From Escherichia phage vB_EcoM-pEB20, in sequence record OP114733: a stretch of DNA of 64,000 nt, one strand, 5' to 3'. Every line of letters begins with the position of its first letter. Position 1 is the stretch's first letter. Under the pieces are notes generated by a model, which saw nothing but the letters and a program-made list of their open reading frames with translations, was not told the origin of the DNA and made no database searches. The position numbers were made by a program, and so were the translations under genes. Below, piece by piece: positions 54,553 to 63,849 of the stretch.

Positions 54553-55725
54553 ATGTCTGATTTAAAATCTCGTCTGATTAAAGCTTCTACTTCTAAAATG
54601 ACTGCGGACTTGACTAAGTCTAAGCTGTTTAATAATCGCGATGAAGTCCCTACTCGTATTCCGATGTTGAATATTGCATTAGGCGGTGCACTGAATGCCG
54701 GGTTGCAATCAGGCTTAACTATTTTTGCTGCTCCTTCTAAACACTTTAAAACGTTGTTTGGACTGACCATGGTTGCAGCGTATATGAAGAAATATAAAGA
54801 TGCAATCTGTTTGTTTTATGACTCAGAATTCGGTGCTTCAGAATCTTATTTTCGTTCAATGGGTGTTGATTTAGACCGTGTAGTTCATACTCCTATTCAA
54901 TCTGTCGAACAACTTAAAGTTGATATGACTAATCAGCTAGATGCAATCGAACGTGGCGAGAAAGTTATTATCTTTATTGACTCAATCGGTAACACTGCAT
55001 CTAAGAAAGAAACCGAAGATGCTTTGAACGAGAAAGTTGTAGGCGATATGTCTCGTGCTAAGGCACTTAAATCTTTATTTCGTATCGTAACGCCTTATCT
55101 GACTATTAAAGATATTCCGTGCGTTGCAATTAACCACACTGCTATGGAAATTGGTGGATTATATCCTAAAGAGATTATGGGTGGTGGTACAGGTATTCTT
55201 TATTCAGCCAACACCGTATTCTTTATCTCTAAACGTCAGGTTAAAGAAGGTACAGAATTGACCGGTTATGACTTCACGTTGAAAGCAGAAAAATCTCGTA
55301 CAGTTAAAGAGAAATCTACTTTCCCAATCACGGTTAATTTTGATGGCGGTATTGACCCATTCAGTGGCTTGTTAGAAATGGCAACTGAAATTGGTTTTGT
55401 AGTTAAGCCTAAAGCCGGTTGGTATGCTCGTGAATTCCTTGACGAAGAAACAGGTGAAATGATTCGTGAAGAGAAATCGTGGCGTGCTAAAGCTACTGAT
55501 TGTGTAGAATTCTGGGGACCTTTGTTTAAACATAAGCCTTTCCGTGACGCAATTGAAATGAAATATAAGCTAGGCGCTATCTCGTCTATTAAAGAAGTTG
55601 ATGACGCTGTTAACGACCTTATTAATTGCAAAGCAACAACTAAAGTTCCGGTTAAAGCTTCTGATGCTCCATCTGCAGCAGATATTGAAAACGACCTGGA
55701 CGAAATGGAAAATTTTGATGAATAA
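54553..55725 (+). CDS. uvsX: RecA-like recombinase UvsX
   Basis: 390 aa MSDLKSRLIKASTSKMTADL...; Walker A GLTIFAAPSKHFKT; near-identical to T4 UvsX as recalled. Confidence 0.95.
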   Translation: MSDLKSRLIKASTSKMTADLTKSKLFNNRDEVPTRIPMLNIALGGALNAGLQSGLTIFAAPSKHFKTLFGLTMVAAYMKKYKDAICLFYDSEFGASESYFRSMGVDLDRVVHTPIQSVEQLKVDMTNQLDAIERGEKVIIFIDSIGNTASKKETEDALNEKVVGDMSRAKALKSLFRIVTPYLTIKDIPCVAINHTAMEIGGLYPKEIMGGGTGILYSANTVFFISKRQVKEGTELTGYDFTLKAEKSRTVKEKSTFPITVNFDGGIDPFSGLLEMATEIGFVVKPKAGWYAREFLDEETGEMIREEKSWRAKATDCVEFWGPLFKHKPFRDAIEMKYKLGAISSIKEVDDAVNDLINCKATTKVPVKASDAPSAADIENDLDEMENFDE

Positions 55726-56059
55726 TCTCGATGATTTAAATCTAGAAATCGTTGATGAATCCCCTTCTTCGGAAGGGGAAGACATTCGCAAAGAACGAGT
55801 GTTTAATGAATCTCTTAAAATTGTCCGTTCAGCAATGGAAAATGTCATTCAAGAGATTCTGATTACACTTGAAGACGGTTCCCATCATATAGTCTATATT
55901 ACAAAACTAGACTGGGTTGATGGTAAAATCGTAATGGACTTTGCAGTTCTTGACCAGGACAGAAAAGCAGAACTTGCACCACACGTTGAAAAATGTGTTA
56001 CAATGCAAGTACAACAAGCTTTTAATGAACGGACCAAGAAAAAATTTAAATTCTTTTAA
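55718..56059 (+). CDS. 40: gp40-like protein (by position between uvsX and 41)
   Basis: 113 aa; ATG overlaps uvsX stop; synteny-based. Confidence 0.5.
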   Translation: MNNLDDLNLEIVDESPSSEGEDIRKERVFNESLKIVRSAMENVIQEILITLEDGSHHIVYITKLDWVDGKIVMDFAVLDQDRKAELAPHVEKCVTMQVQQAFNERTKKKFKFF

Positions 56060-56068
56060 GGAGTTATC

Positions 56069-57511
56069 GTGGTAGAAATTATTTTGTCTCATCTAGTATA
56101 TGACCAGGCTTATTTTTCTAAGGTCTGGCCTTATATGGATTCTGAGTATTTTGAGCGTGGACCGGCAAAAAATGTCTTTAAAATTATAAAGAGCCACGTT
56201 AACGAATATAATGCAATGCCATCTATCAATGCGTTAAAGGTGGCTTTAGATAACAGTTCTTTAACTGAAGCCGAATATAAAGGAACTTCAGACCTAATTG
56301 AAAAATTGGCTGATACTCCTGAAGACCACGAATGGTTGGTTAAAGAAACCGAGAAATATGTCCAGCAAAAAGCGATGTATAATGCTACGTCCAAAATCAT
56401 TGAGATTCAGTCTAATGCTGAACTACCTCCAGAACAACGTAACAAGAAAATGCCTGACGTAGGAGCTATTCCTGATATTATGCGTCAAGCACTTTCAATT
56501 TCGTTCGATAGTTATGTTGGACATGACTGGATGGAAGACTACGAAGCACGCTGGCTTTCTTATCTAAATAAAGCACGTAAGGTCCCGTTCAAATTAAACA
56601 TTTTGAATAAAATCACTAAAGGTGGTGCTGAAACCGGTACACTGAATGTTTTAATGGCCGGTGTTAACGTTGGTAAATCTTTAGGCCTTTGTTCACTTGC
56701 TGCAGATTATCTTCAAACAGGTCATAACGTTCTTTATATTTCTATGGAAATGGCTGAAGAAGTTTGTGCTAAGCGTATCGATGCAAACATGCTTGACGTA
56801 TCACTTGATGATATTGATGATGGTAACGTATCTTATGCTGAATATAAAGCCAAGATGGAAAAATGGCGTTCAAAATCCACATTAGGACGTTTAGTAGTTA
56901 AACAGTATCCTACTGGTGGAGCTAATGCTAATACATTTCGTGCATTGCTTAATGAGTTAAAACTTAAGAAGAACTTTGTACCATCTGTAATCATGGTTGA
57001 TTACTTAGGTATTTGTGGGTCTTGTCGTATCAGAGTTTACACTGAAAATAGCTACACATTAGTTAAAGCTATCGCAGAAGAACTTCGTGCATTAGCAGTA
57101 GAATCTGAAACAGTTCTATGGACTGCAGCTCAAGTAGGACGTGCAGCATGGGATGCTTCAGACATGAACATGAGTGATATCGCAGAATCAGCAGGTTTAC
57201 CAGCAACGGCAGATTTCATGTTGGCCGTAATTGAAACCGAAGAACTTGCACAAGCTGAACAACAACTTATCAAACAAATCAAATCACGATATGGCGATAA
57301 GAATAAGTGGAATAAATTCCTGATGGGTGTACGTAAAGGCAACCAGAAATGGGTTGAGATTGAGCAAGAAGGCATGAACACACCTAACACAGTAAATGAA
57401 AACGCAGGTGCTCAGATGCGTCAGGCAGAGGTGAATCGTACGGAACGCGTAGGTAAAGCCAAAGCAACACGTGCTGACCTAGATAGCTTAGCCAATGAGT
57501 TAAAATTTTAA
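56069..57511 (+). CDS. 41: replicative DNA helicase gp41
   Basis: 480 aa, GTG start; Walker A GVNVGKS; near-identical to T4 gp41 as recalled. Confidence 0.95.
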   Translation: MVEIILSHLVYDQAYFSKVWPYMDSEYFERGPAKNVFKIIKSHVNEYNAMPSINALKVALDNSSLTEAEYKGTSDLIEKLADTPEDHEWLVKETEKYVQQKAMYNATSKIIEIQSNAELPPEQRNKKMPDVGAIPDIMRQALSISFDSYVGHDWMEDYEARWLSYLNKARKVPFKLNILNKITKGGAETGTLNVLMAGVNVGKSLGLCSLAADYLQTGHNVLYISMEMAEEVCAKRIDANMLDVSLDDIDDGNVSYAEYKAKMEKWRSKSTLGRLVVKQYPTGGANANTFRALLNELKLKKNFVPSVIMVDYLGICGSCRIRVYTENSYTLVKAIAEELRALAVESETVLWTAAQVGRAAWDASDMNMSDIAESAGLPATADFMLAVIETEELAQAEQQLIKQIKSRYGDKNKWNKFLMGVRKGNQKWVEIEQEGMNTPNTVNENAGAQMRQAEVNRTERVGKAKATRADLDSLANELKF

Positions 57512-57517
57512 TAAAAA

Positions 57518-57537
57518 GGAGACTTCGGTCTCCTTTC
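57518..57537 (+). terminator. hairpin terminator with UUCG tetraloop
   Basis: GGAGAC-TTCG-GTCTCC then TTTCGGGGTTT. Confidence 0.6.
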
Positions 57538-57540
57538 GGG

Positions 57541-57570
57541 GTTTACATCTTCCTCTAGGCATGATATGAT
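57541..57570 (+). promoter_or_regulatory. early promoter
   Basis: GTTTACA 57541, 17 nt, TATGAT 57565. Confidence 0.5.
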
Positions 57571-57599
57571 GAACTTACACCAACCAAGAGGAAAACATT

Positions 57600-57974
57600 A
57601 TGAATATGTCTCAAGCAATTTTTACTGCAATCACCGAAAACACAACTGTTGAAGTAGTTTCTCCGCTGGCAACCTACGTTATTCTTGCTCCTAAAACTAT
57701 TGTATCTCGTATGGAAAACATGGGCAAACGTATCGTACAAATTGTTGGAGCCGGAAATCAAAAACTTGATTATCTGCGAACCATCAAAGCTTATGAACAT
57801 TTCCAACTCGAAAAAGGTTCTCCTATCCAGGTAGAACTCGTAAATGGTGATATCGTTCGAGCAATGTTCCATCATTTCTATGCATTGAATGACCCATCTA
57901 AAGCAGTTCGTTTAATTGCATACGACGCAAACCAAAACGAAATCAACGCGGATATATCTAAATTACGTTTTTAA
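57600..57974 (+). CDS. hypothetical protein
   Basis: 124 aa ORF. Confidence 0.5.
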   Translation: MNMSQAIFTAITENTTVEVVSPLATYVILAPKTIVSRMENMGKRIVQIVGAGNQKLDYLRTIKAYEHFQLEKGSPIQVELVNGDIVRAMFHHFYALNDPSKAVRLIAYDANQNEINADISKLRF

Positions 57975-58025
57975 GTTTACTTCTCCAGTAGTTGTGTTAT
58001 TATAGACCTATCAACTACTGGAGAA
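57975..58025 (+). promoter_or_regulatory. early promoter with perfect 14-bp IR TTCTCCAGTAGTTG/CAACTACTGGAGAA spanning -10 and SD
   Basis: GTTTAC 57975, -10 TATTAT 57998; 3' arm contains SD. Confidence 0.55.
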
Positions 58026-58029
58026 CAAA

Positions 58030-58347
58030 ATGAAAACCATCGATTGTAAAGCAGAATTTAAGATTTTTTATCACGGTTCAAGTAGTTCAGCTAACATCGA
58101 AAACATGCTTTGTCCTCCTGAAGAAACAGGAGTTCTGTCTGAAACTGGACGTAAGAAAAACTTGGATCGTGTATTCTTTACTGAAGATATCGGTTTAGCA
58201 AAGATTTATGCAGGACGAGCAGCCCGCTCTTATGGAGGTGAACCACGTCTCTATCGAGTAATTTCTCCGGTAGATGTAGTTCAAATGAATGATACTAAAG
58301 GCGCTACAGTTTATCACGCTGAATGGGCCTTCTGTGAGGAAATATGA
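58030..58347 (+). CDS. hypothetical protein
   Basis: 105 aa ORF. Confidence 0.5.
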   Translation: MKTIDCKAEFKIFYHGSSSSANIENMLCPPEETGVLSETGRKKNLDRVFFTEDIGLAKIYAGRAARSYGGEPRLYRVISPVDVVQMNDTKGATVYHAEWAFCEEI

Positions 58348-58532
58348 GCAAATTAACTAAAGTTACTTTTATCGGTTGGTTTAAAAGCGGTGAGATGTTC
58401 ACTAAAGATATCATGTTATCAGGTGATCGCGAAGAAATCGAGTGGGTTGCGGTACAACTTGCTGAAGTGAACAAAGCATTAGTTAAAGCATTTGTTAATG
58501 ACGAGAAAGTTTTCGAAGCAGATTTTCGATAA
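58344..58532 (+). CDS. dmd: Dmd antitoxin (inhibitor of RnlA/LsoA mRNA endoribonuclease toxins)
   Basis: 62 aa MSKLTKVTFIGWFKSGEMFTKDIML...EVNKALVKAF; closely matches T4 Dmd as recalled. Confidence 0.8.
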   Translation: MSKLTKVTFIGWFKSGEMFTKDIMLSGDREEIEWVAVQLAEVNKALVKAFVNDEKVFEADFR

Positions 58533-58545
58533 TTTTAAAATAACT

Positions 58546-58575
58546 GTTTACAAGCCCCACATACTGTGTTACTAT
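58546..58575 (+). promoter_or_regulatory. early promoter
   Basis: GTTTACA 58546, -10 TACTAT 58570. Confidence 0.5.
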
Positions 58576-58603
58576 CTTTCTATCAACTACAGAGGAAATT
58601 GAA

Positions 58604-58972
58604 ATGAAAAAATTAATCGCTTTAGCAATGGTATTTGGATTAACCGGATGTGGTGCCCATGGCTTTATCCCTAATAACGTTGGCCAACTGATTTACAATC
58701 CGAATGTTAAACAGTACGACCACCCTAAAGTTGAAGTGGAAGACCCGGTTACTGTAGGTAATCGAATGATTCAAGCTGATGCCCATGCTCAACGTTATCG
58801 TGACTCTGATACTGTAGCATTGTCAAAAGAACAACGCGTTAAAGAACATTGCTTACAGGCTACTGAAATCGCATTCATTCGCTATGTTGAAACAACTGGT
58901 AAAGAGCCTACCCAGAAACAAATCGCGAATAACTACGTACAGTGTATTGAACGTTTAAACAAATTTAATTAA
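58604..58972 (+). CDS. putative lipoprotein
   Basis: 122 aa; signal peptide with lipobox LTGC. Confidence 0.6.
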   Translation: MKKLIALAMVFGLTGCGAHGFIPNNVGQLIYNPNVKQYDHPKVEVEDPVTVGNRMIQADAHAQRYRDSDTVALSKEQRVKEHCLQATEIAFIRYVETTGKEPTQKQIANNYVQCIERLNKFN

Positions 58973-59033
58973 TTGGTTTACACCAAAGTTAAAATAAGAT
59001 ACTATAAACATAACAAATCAAGAGGAAATTAAC

Positions 59034-59282
59034 ATGGAATTATTCGTAGCTAGTTCAGTAGCAGTTTTAATCGCAGGTATTGGTTCAATCATCATTTACA
59101 TGTTGCCTTGGGTAATCGCACTTATTCGTGGTACAAAAAGCACAACAGCAATCTTCTTTGTATCTTTACTCTTTAACTGGACGATGATTGGTTGGATTGG
59201 AACTTTAATTTGGTCTATCGTTGCCGAAAAGAAATCTGCTCAGCAGCCTCAACAAGTAATTATTATTCGCGAAAAAGAATAA
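59034..59282 (+). CDS. small membrane protein
   Basis: 82 aa, two TM helices, SD AGAGGAAA. Confidence 0.5.
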   Translation: MELFVASSVAVLIAGIGSIIIYMLPWVIALIRGTKSTTAIFFVSLLFNWTMIGWIGTLIWSIVAEKKSAQQPQQVIIIREKE

Positions 59283-59286
59283 ACTT

Positions 59287-59325
59287 GTTTACATTATAGA
59301 TGGACTATAGTATAGTAGTCCTATC
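59287..59325 (+). promoter_or_regulatory. early promoter with IR GGACTA/TAGTCC (PeSL-like)
   Basis: GTTTACA 59287, -10 TATAGT, TAGTCCTATCAAA motif. Confidence 0.55.
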
Positions 59326-59345
59326 AAATCAACTAAGGAGTTAAA

Positions 59346-59639
59346 ATGAAAAAGTTATCATTGGCAGCAATCTTACTTGCAGTATCATGTGCACCAGCTC
59401 CAGTTACGGCAGGTTATGATAAAGACCTCTGTGAGTGGTCAATGACTGCAAATCAAGAAGATGTTGAACAACAAATCTTCTCTGATATCATGAACATCAC
59501 TAAAAGAGACCGTCCTAATATGGTTAATAAAGTTGTTGAACAACTTAAGTCTGGCGGTATCATGCAGTACAACTATGTTTTGTATTGTGACCCTAATTTC
59601 GATAACAAAGATATCGTAACCGAAATCACAGGTGAATAA
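59346..59639 (+). CDS. sp: Spackle (periplasmic superinfection-exclusion protein, inhibitor of gp5 lysozyme)
   Basis: 97 aa with signal peptide; AGYDKDLCEWSMTA...GGIMQYNYVLYCD matches T4 Sp as recalled. Confidence 0.8.
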   Translation: MKKLSLAAILLAVSCAPAPVTAGYDKDLCEWSMTANQEDVEQQIFSDIMNITKRDRPNMVNKVVEQLKSGGIMQYNYVLYCDPNFDNKDIVTEITGE

Positions 59640-59640
59640 T

Positions 59641-60291
59641 ATGATTTATTATATGCACAAAAACGCGCCATTTAAATATGGTAAATTTCCTAATGCACAA
59701 TGTTATAATATAACGCCGAATGAAAATAATAATGGATACCATATTGGTGTAATTTTTGTAATTGTTAAAGATAATGAAATCGTTGCCTGGGCAGATTTTA
59801 AAGGTACAACATATGATGTTAATCCGGTGCCTTTCACATATTACAATATAATGGATTTGGCATATGATTATAATTGGTTTAATCATGACACGTTGGCTCA
59901 TATTGAAGGTGTAGGATTTGACATCTCTTATTCTAGCTATTCATTATGTCCTATGAGCCGAGCTCACGGTAAAGATGCATCATATCTTTCAATTCGGAAA
60001 CGTGTAAACTTCAAACGTAGTACAGAGTATGTTGGTGGACTCTTTGTTAAAGATAATAAAATAACCCGTATTAGTTATCCTTTAAGTGTAGGTCAAAAAG
60101 ATGTTGATGTTGATTTGGACTTAACTGAAAATAACATTAATCGCATTGCTTCTGTATATTTTGATATCGATGAAAAAATTGTAGTGTGTGGATACGAATT
60201 ACCACCTGAAGAAAAGGCTGAAGCAATTGAAGTCGAATTAGAAATTTCTGTTGATGACCAAATATTTAATGCATTTATGAATCGAGGTTAA
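59641..60291 (+). CDS. hypothetical protein at T4 61.2 position
   Basis: 216 aa from ATG 59641 (AGGTGA SD); synteny only. Confidence 0.55.
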   Translation: MIYYMHKNAPFKYGKFPNAQCYNITPNENNNGYHIGVIFVIVKDNEIVAWADFKGTTYDVNPVPFTYYNIMDLAYDYNWFNHDTLAHIEGVGFDISYSSYSLCPMSRAHGKDASYLSIRKRVNFKRSTEYVGGLFVKDNKITRISYPLSVGQKDVDVDLDLTENNINRIASVYFDIDEKIVVCGYELPPEEKAEAIEVELEISVDDQIFNAFMNRG

Positions 60292-60292
60292 A

Positions 60293-60490
60293 ATGACTAC
60301 TGCAATTTGCACTGGTTCTAAAATTAGTGTTTTTACAAGTTTTGAAGATTATGAAGTTGTTTCAAAACACCAATGCCATATTAGCGTAAAAGCTAATGAT
60401 GGTGTAATTTGGAATATTCCACAGTATGAAGGCACTACATATGAAGTCACAGATATAAATGGTGATAAAGCGATCTTTGTGATTGATTAA
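60293..60490 (+). CDS. small hypothetical protein
   Basis: 65 aa ORF. Confidence 0.45.
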   Translation: MTTAICTGSKISVFTSFEDYEVVSKHQCHISVKANDGVIWNIPQYEGTTYEVTDINGDKAIFVID

Positions 60491-60509
60491 ATATACTCAG
60501 GAGGTACCT

Positions 60510-60977
60510 ATGGGTATTATTAACACTGCAATAGATTCTGTTTATGCATATAAGTTTATTCGACTAATGCAAAAACCTTTTACTGAATGGAAAGCATACG
60601 AAGCCAAAATCATCGATGAACGTGGAAGTGTTCTTAAACGTCCTTCCACTCCTGAAGAGAAAGCGGCTTATACACCTTTTCATGCTTCAGTTCGTTCAAT
60701 GAAGCGAATGATGAGCACTGTTCCAGGTCTTAATGGAATGGCCTCAATGATGTCTGCTTGGAGTGCTGTAGCTTCACGCTATAACATTACGGAAGAACAA
60801 CAGAAAGAAATATTTAAAGAACTCCCTTTATTTGAGGATATGGTTGCTGGCGATTCAGGTGGCAGCCCTCAAGCTATTGCATCAGGAACAACTACAGGTG
60901 CAGTCGTAAATAAAGGTCCAGAACAAATTCCTTCCAAGAAAAGAAAGCGAATTAAAGTAAATATTAACAAGTTGTGA
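60510..60977 (+). CDS. hypothetical protein (T4 61.1 position)
   Basis: 155 aa from ATG 60510 with AGGAGGT SD. Confidence 0.55.
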   Translation: MGIINTAIDSVYAYKFIRLMQKPFTEWKAYEAKIIDERGSVLKRPSTPEEKAAYTPFHASVRSMKRMMSTVPGLNGMASMMSAWSAVASRYNITEEQQKEIFKELPLFEDMVAGDSGGSPQAIASGTTTGAVVNKGPEQIPSKKRKRIKVNINKL

Positions 60978-61016
60978 TATGATGGCCTTATTAATTTAAG
61001 GCCTCTGGAGAATACT

Positions 61017-62039
61017 ATGGCTGAATGGATAGATAATGAATTTGCTTATCGTGCGTTTTCTCACCTACCTCGTTTTAGACAAATCAATAATTCAAGCACA
61101 TTTAAATTAACGTTTCGTTGTCCAGTTTGTGGCGACTCTCAGACAGATGCAATGAAAGCCCGCGGATGGTATTATGGCGGTACTCCTGGTAATGTACATT
61201 GCTATAACTGCCAATACCACAATACAATTTCCGGATACTTAAAAGAGTATGATGAAGAGCTTTATCGCGAATATCTAATGGAAGTTCGTAAAGAAAAGGC
61301 TAGAATGGAACCAAAGATTGAAAAGGTTCCTGAACATAAACCAGAACCGGAGAAAAAGACTATAAATTCTTTGCCGTCTTGTTCTCGTCTAGACAAGTTG
61401 CCTGAAGAGCATCCTATTGTGAAATATGTTAAGTCTCGGTGTATTCCTAAAGAATCGTGGAACAGATTATGGTTCACATTGGAATGGCCTAAATTGGTCA
61501 ACAAGATTCAACCTGGCACATATAAGAAAGAGATTCCCGAACCACGTTTAGTTATTCCTATTTTTAATAAAGATGGGAAGGCCGAGTCATTCCAAGGACG
61601 TGCACTTCGTAAAGATGCTCCTCAGAAATATATCACTATTAAAGCGTTTGAGTCTGCAACAAAAATTTATGGTGTTGAACGTGTTAAGGAAGGAGACGTC
61701 TGGGTAATGGAAGGCCCTATTGATAGTTTATTCATACCAAACGCAATCGCTATTACAGGCGGCTCAATAGATTTAGATGTGGTACCATTTAAAGAACGTC
61801 GGGTATGGGTAATGGATAATGAACCTAGGCATCCAGATACTATAGCTCGCATGAAGCGATTAGTTGATGCAGGCGAACGTGTCATGTTCTGGGACCGAGC
61901 TCCGTGGAGTTCAAAGGATGTGAATGATATGGTAATGAAAGAAAATGCAACACCACAAGAAATTTTAGAATATATGAAACAGAATATTTCAAGTGGGTTG
62001 CATGCTAAAATGAGATTATCTCGTTATTCGAAGATTTAA
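61017..62039 (+). CDS. 61: DNA primase gp61
   Basis: 340 aa; N-terminal zinc ribbon CPVCGDS...CYNC; TOPRIM-like region; T4 synteny. Confidence 0.95.
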   Translation: MAEWIDNEFAYRAFSHLPRFRQINNSSTFKLTFRCPVCGDSQTDAMKARGWYYGGTPGNVHCYNCQYHNTISGYLKEYDEELYREYLMEVRKEKARMEPKIEKVPEHKPEPEKKTINSLPSCSRLDKLPEEHPIVKYVKSRCIPKESWNRLWFTLEWPKLVNKIQPGTYKKEIPEPRLVIPIFNKDGKAESFQGRALRKDAPQKYITIKAFESATKIYGVERVKEGDVWVMEGPIDSLFIPNAIAITGGSIDLDVVPFKERRVWVMDNEPRHPDTIARMKRLVDAGERVMFWDRAPWSSKDVNDMVMKENATPQEILEYMKQNISSGLHAKMRLSRYSKI

Positions 62040-62233
62040 ACCAGTCCTACAATAGCAAAGGCCAAATCAACTACAGTATCCAATGGAACAGAAGGAACTA
62101 TAATACCATGGGCAACTAACAATGGTGCAATCCCGAAGTTCCATGAAATAATGCCACCTACAACTATTGCAGCGATAGCAGTTTTCTTTTTATTGCCTTT
62201 AATAGCGTTGATTAACGATGGAAGTTTAAACAT
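62036..62233 (-). CDS. small membrane protein (only minus-strand gene candidate)
   Basis: 65 aa, two TM helices; ATG preceded by strong SD TAAGGAG with 6-nt spacing; convergent with gene 61. Confidence 0.5.
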   Translation of the reverse strand: MFKLPSLINAIKGNKKKTAIAAIVVGGIISWNFGIAPLLVAHGIIVPSVPLDTVVDLAFAIVGLV

Positions 62234-62264
62234 AATAATCTCCTTAGTTACCTATTATTTATTA

Positions 62265-62289
62265 CGCTTTATAAAATTAATGTTAGAAT
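62265..62289 (+). promoter_or_regulatory. middle (MotA-type) promoter candidate for gene 56
   Basis: GCTTTA at 62266, 12 nt, TAGAAT at 62284. Confidence 0.45.
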
Positions 62290-62323
62290 TAAACTCTCTT
62301 ATACTGAATTGAAAGGAAAAATA

Positions 62324-62845
62324 ATGGCGCACTTTAACGAATGTTCACAACTTATTTCTGGTGTTGATAAAGCAGAAGAAGCTTATTTTAATGCTCTGAT
62401 TCACGAAGATAAAGACCCACTGCAGGTAATGCTTGATATGCAGAAATCTTTACAGGTTCGTCTGGCAAATGACAAGCCTGAACATAACAAACATCCTGAT
62501 GAATTGGCTACTGCTGGTGATGTTGTTGATTGGCTGCGTAATCAGAAAGATTATATTGATGACGAATTCCGTGAACTACTGACTTCACTTGGTGGTATGT
62601 CCAATGGTGAAAAAGCCGCTAGCTCTGTGTGGAAGCCATGGAAAGCACAACATGCCGAATATCGTAATCGTCGTATCGATGAACTGTCTCCTGAAGACCA
62701 GCTTGAAATTAAATTTGAGATGATTGATATCCTCCACTTTGTTCTGAATATGTTCCAAGGTCTGGGTCTTTCTGCTGAAGAAATCTTTAAACTTTACTAC
62801 TTGAAAAACCAACACAACTTTGAACGCCAGAATAATGGTTACTGA
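62324..62845 (+). CDS. 56: dCTP pyrophosphatase gp56 (MazG-like)
   Basis: 173 aa MAHFNECSQLISGVDKAEE...; matches T4 gp56 as recalled. Confidence 0.9.
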   Translation: MAHFNECSQLISGVDKAEEAYFNALIHEDKDPLQVMLDMQKSLQVRLANDKPEHNKHPDELATAGDVVDWLRNQKDYIDDEFRELLTSLGGMSNGEKAASSVWKPWKAQHAEYRNRRIDELSPEDQLEIKFEMIDILHFVLNMFQGLGLSAEEIFKLYYLKNQHNFERQNNGY

Positions 62846-62851
62846 TTAAGT

Positions 62852-62859
62852 TATAAATA
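62852..62859 (+). promoter_or_regulatory. late promoter TATAAATA upstream of soc
   Basis: Exact T4 late promoter consensus about 30 nt upstream of soc ATG. Confidence 0.65.
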
Positions 62860-62890
62860 CACCTGTAATTAAACAACAAAGGAGTTAATT

Positions 62891-63127
62891 ATGGGTGGTT
62901 ATGTAAACATCAAAACCTTTACGCATCCTGCGGGTGAAGGTAAAGAAGTTAAAGGTATGGAAGTTTCTGTACCGTTTGAGATTTATTCAAACGAACATCG
63001 GATTGCAGATTCTCATTACCAAATCTTTCCATCAGAAAAGGCAGCTTATTCTACTGTAGTTTCTGATGCAGCTGACTGGAAAACTAAGAACGCTGCAATG
63101 TTTACCCCTACACCAGTAAGTGGTTAA
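62891..63127 (+). CDS. soc: small outer capsid protein Soc
   Basis: 78 aa GYVNIKTF...HYQIFPSEKAAYSTV matches T4 Soc. Confidence 0.85.
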   Translation: MGGYVNIKTFTHPAGEGKEVKGMEVSVPFEIYSNEHRIADSHYQIFPSEKAAYSTVVSDAADWKTKNAAMFTPTPVSG

Positions 63128-63136
63128 ATAATTTAA

Positions 63137-63164
63137 GGAATCCTTCGGGATTCCTTTTTTTTTT
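63137..63164 (+). terminator. rho-independent terminator with UUCG tetraloop
   Basis: GGAATCC-TTCG-GGATTCC + T10. Confidence 0.8.
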
Positions 63165-63173
63165 GTTTCTACA

Positions 63174-63203
63174 GTTTACAACCACTAAAAACTGTGTTAA
63201 GAT
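63174..63203 (+). promoter_or_regulatory. early promoter
   Basis: GTTTACA 63174, 17 nt, TAAGAT. Confidence 0.45.
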
Positions 63204-63231
63204 ATTCTTACTTACTCAAGAGGAGAACAAT

Positions 63232-63459
63232 ATGTTAAATCGTTGGATTAAACCTAATAACACATTAGGTGCTTTGATTGCTCAAGAAGTTTCGTTGAAA
63301 TACGGTCTTGGATATTACGATGATGTAGTCGTACACTCATTCATGATGGATGTTGAAGACGTCAAATTTAATGCCGAAATCCGCTGGGATGATGGTGGTG
63401 TTCGTTTTGTTCGAGGAACAATTAATGCTTACGATACTGAAGAAGTTGTTTGCTGTTAA
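63232..63459 (+). CDS. hypothetical protein
   Basis: 75 aa from ATG 63232 with AAGAGGAGAA SD. Confidence 0.5.
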   Translation: MLNRWIKPNNTLGALIAQEVSLKYGLGYYDDVVVHSFMMDVEDVKFNAEIRWDDGGVRFVRGTINAYDTEEVVCC

Positions 63460-63472
63460 ACCAGGCGAAGGT

Positions 63473-63673
63473 ATGATGCCTATTCCTGATACACACGAAA
63501 AAAGTTGGGAATATATCGGTGACGGAATGATGGAAGAAGTTGTTCGTCCAAAAACAAAACAGGTTAATGCTTCAAGCTCTTCAAGTTATAATCATTCATA
63601 CGTATCGTCTTGGCCTGGTGATTCCGGGTCAAGTTATTCTGATTGTGGTTCAAGCTCAGGGAGCTGCGAATGA
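63473..63673 (+). CDS. Ser-rich small protein
   Basis: 66 aa; C-terminal SSSSSYNHSYVSS...CGSSSGSCE. Confidence 0.4.
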   Translation: MMPIPDTHEKSWEYIGDGMMEEVVRPKTKQVNASSSSSYNHSYVSSWPGDSGSSYSDCGSSSGSCE

Positions 63674-63849
63674 ACAAGATAGTTAAATGGTTTAAAAGCT
63701 GGGACGATGGTGTCGGTCCAGAAGATTGGCTGGATGTTCTTGAAGAGAATATGGCTAAAGAATTCCAGAAACATGAAGAAAAGCTCGTCGAAGATGAAGG
63801 CGAACGTATTGTAAAACTTTATATGGGTGAACCATCGAGGAAATTATAA
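63670..63849 (+). CDS. small acidic hypothetical protein
   Basis: 59 aa; ATGA overlap. Confidence 0.45.
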   Translation: MNKIVKWFKSWDDGVGPEDWLDVLEENMAKEFQKHEEKLVEDEGERIVKLYMGEPSRKL

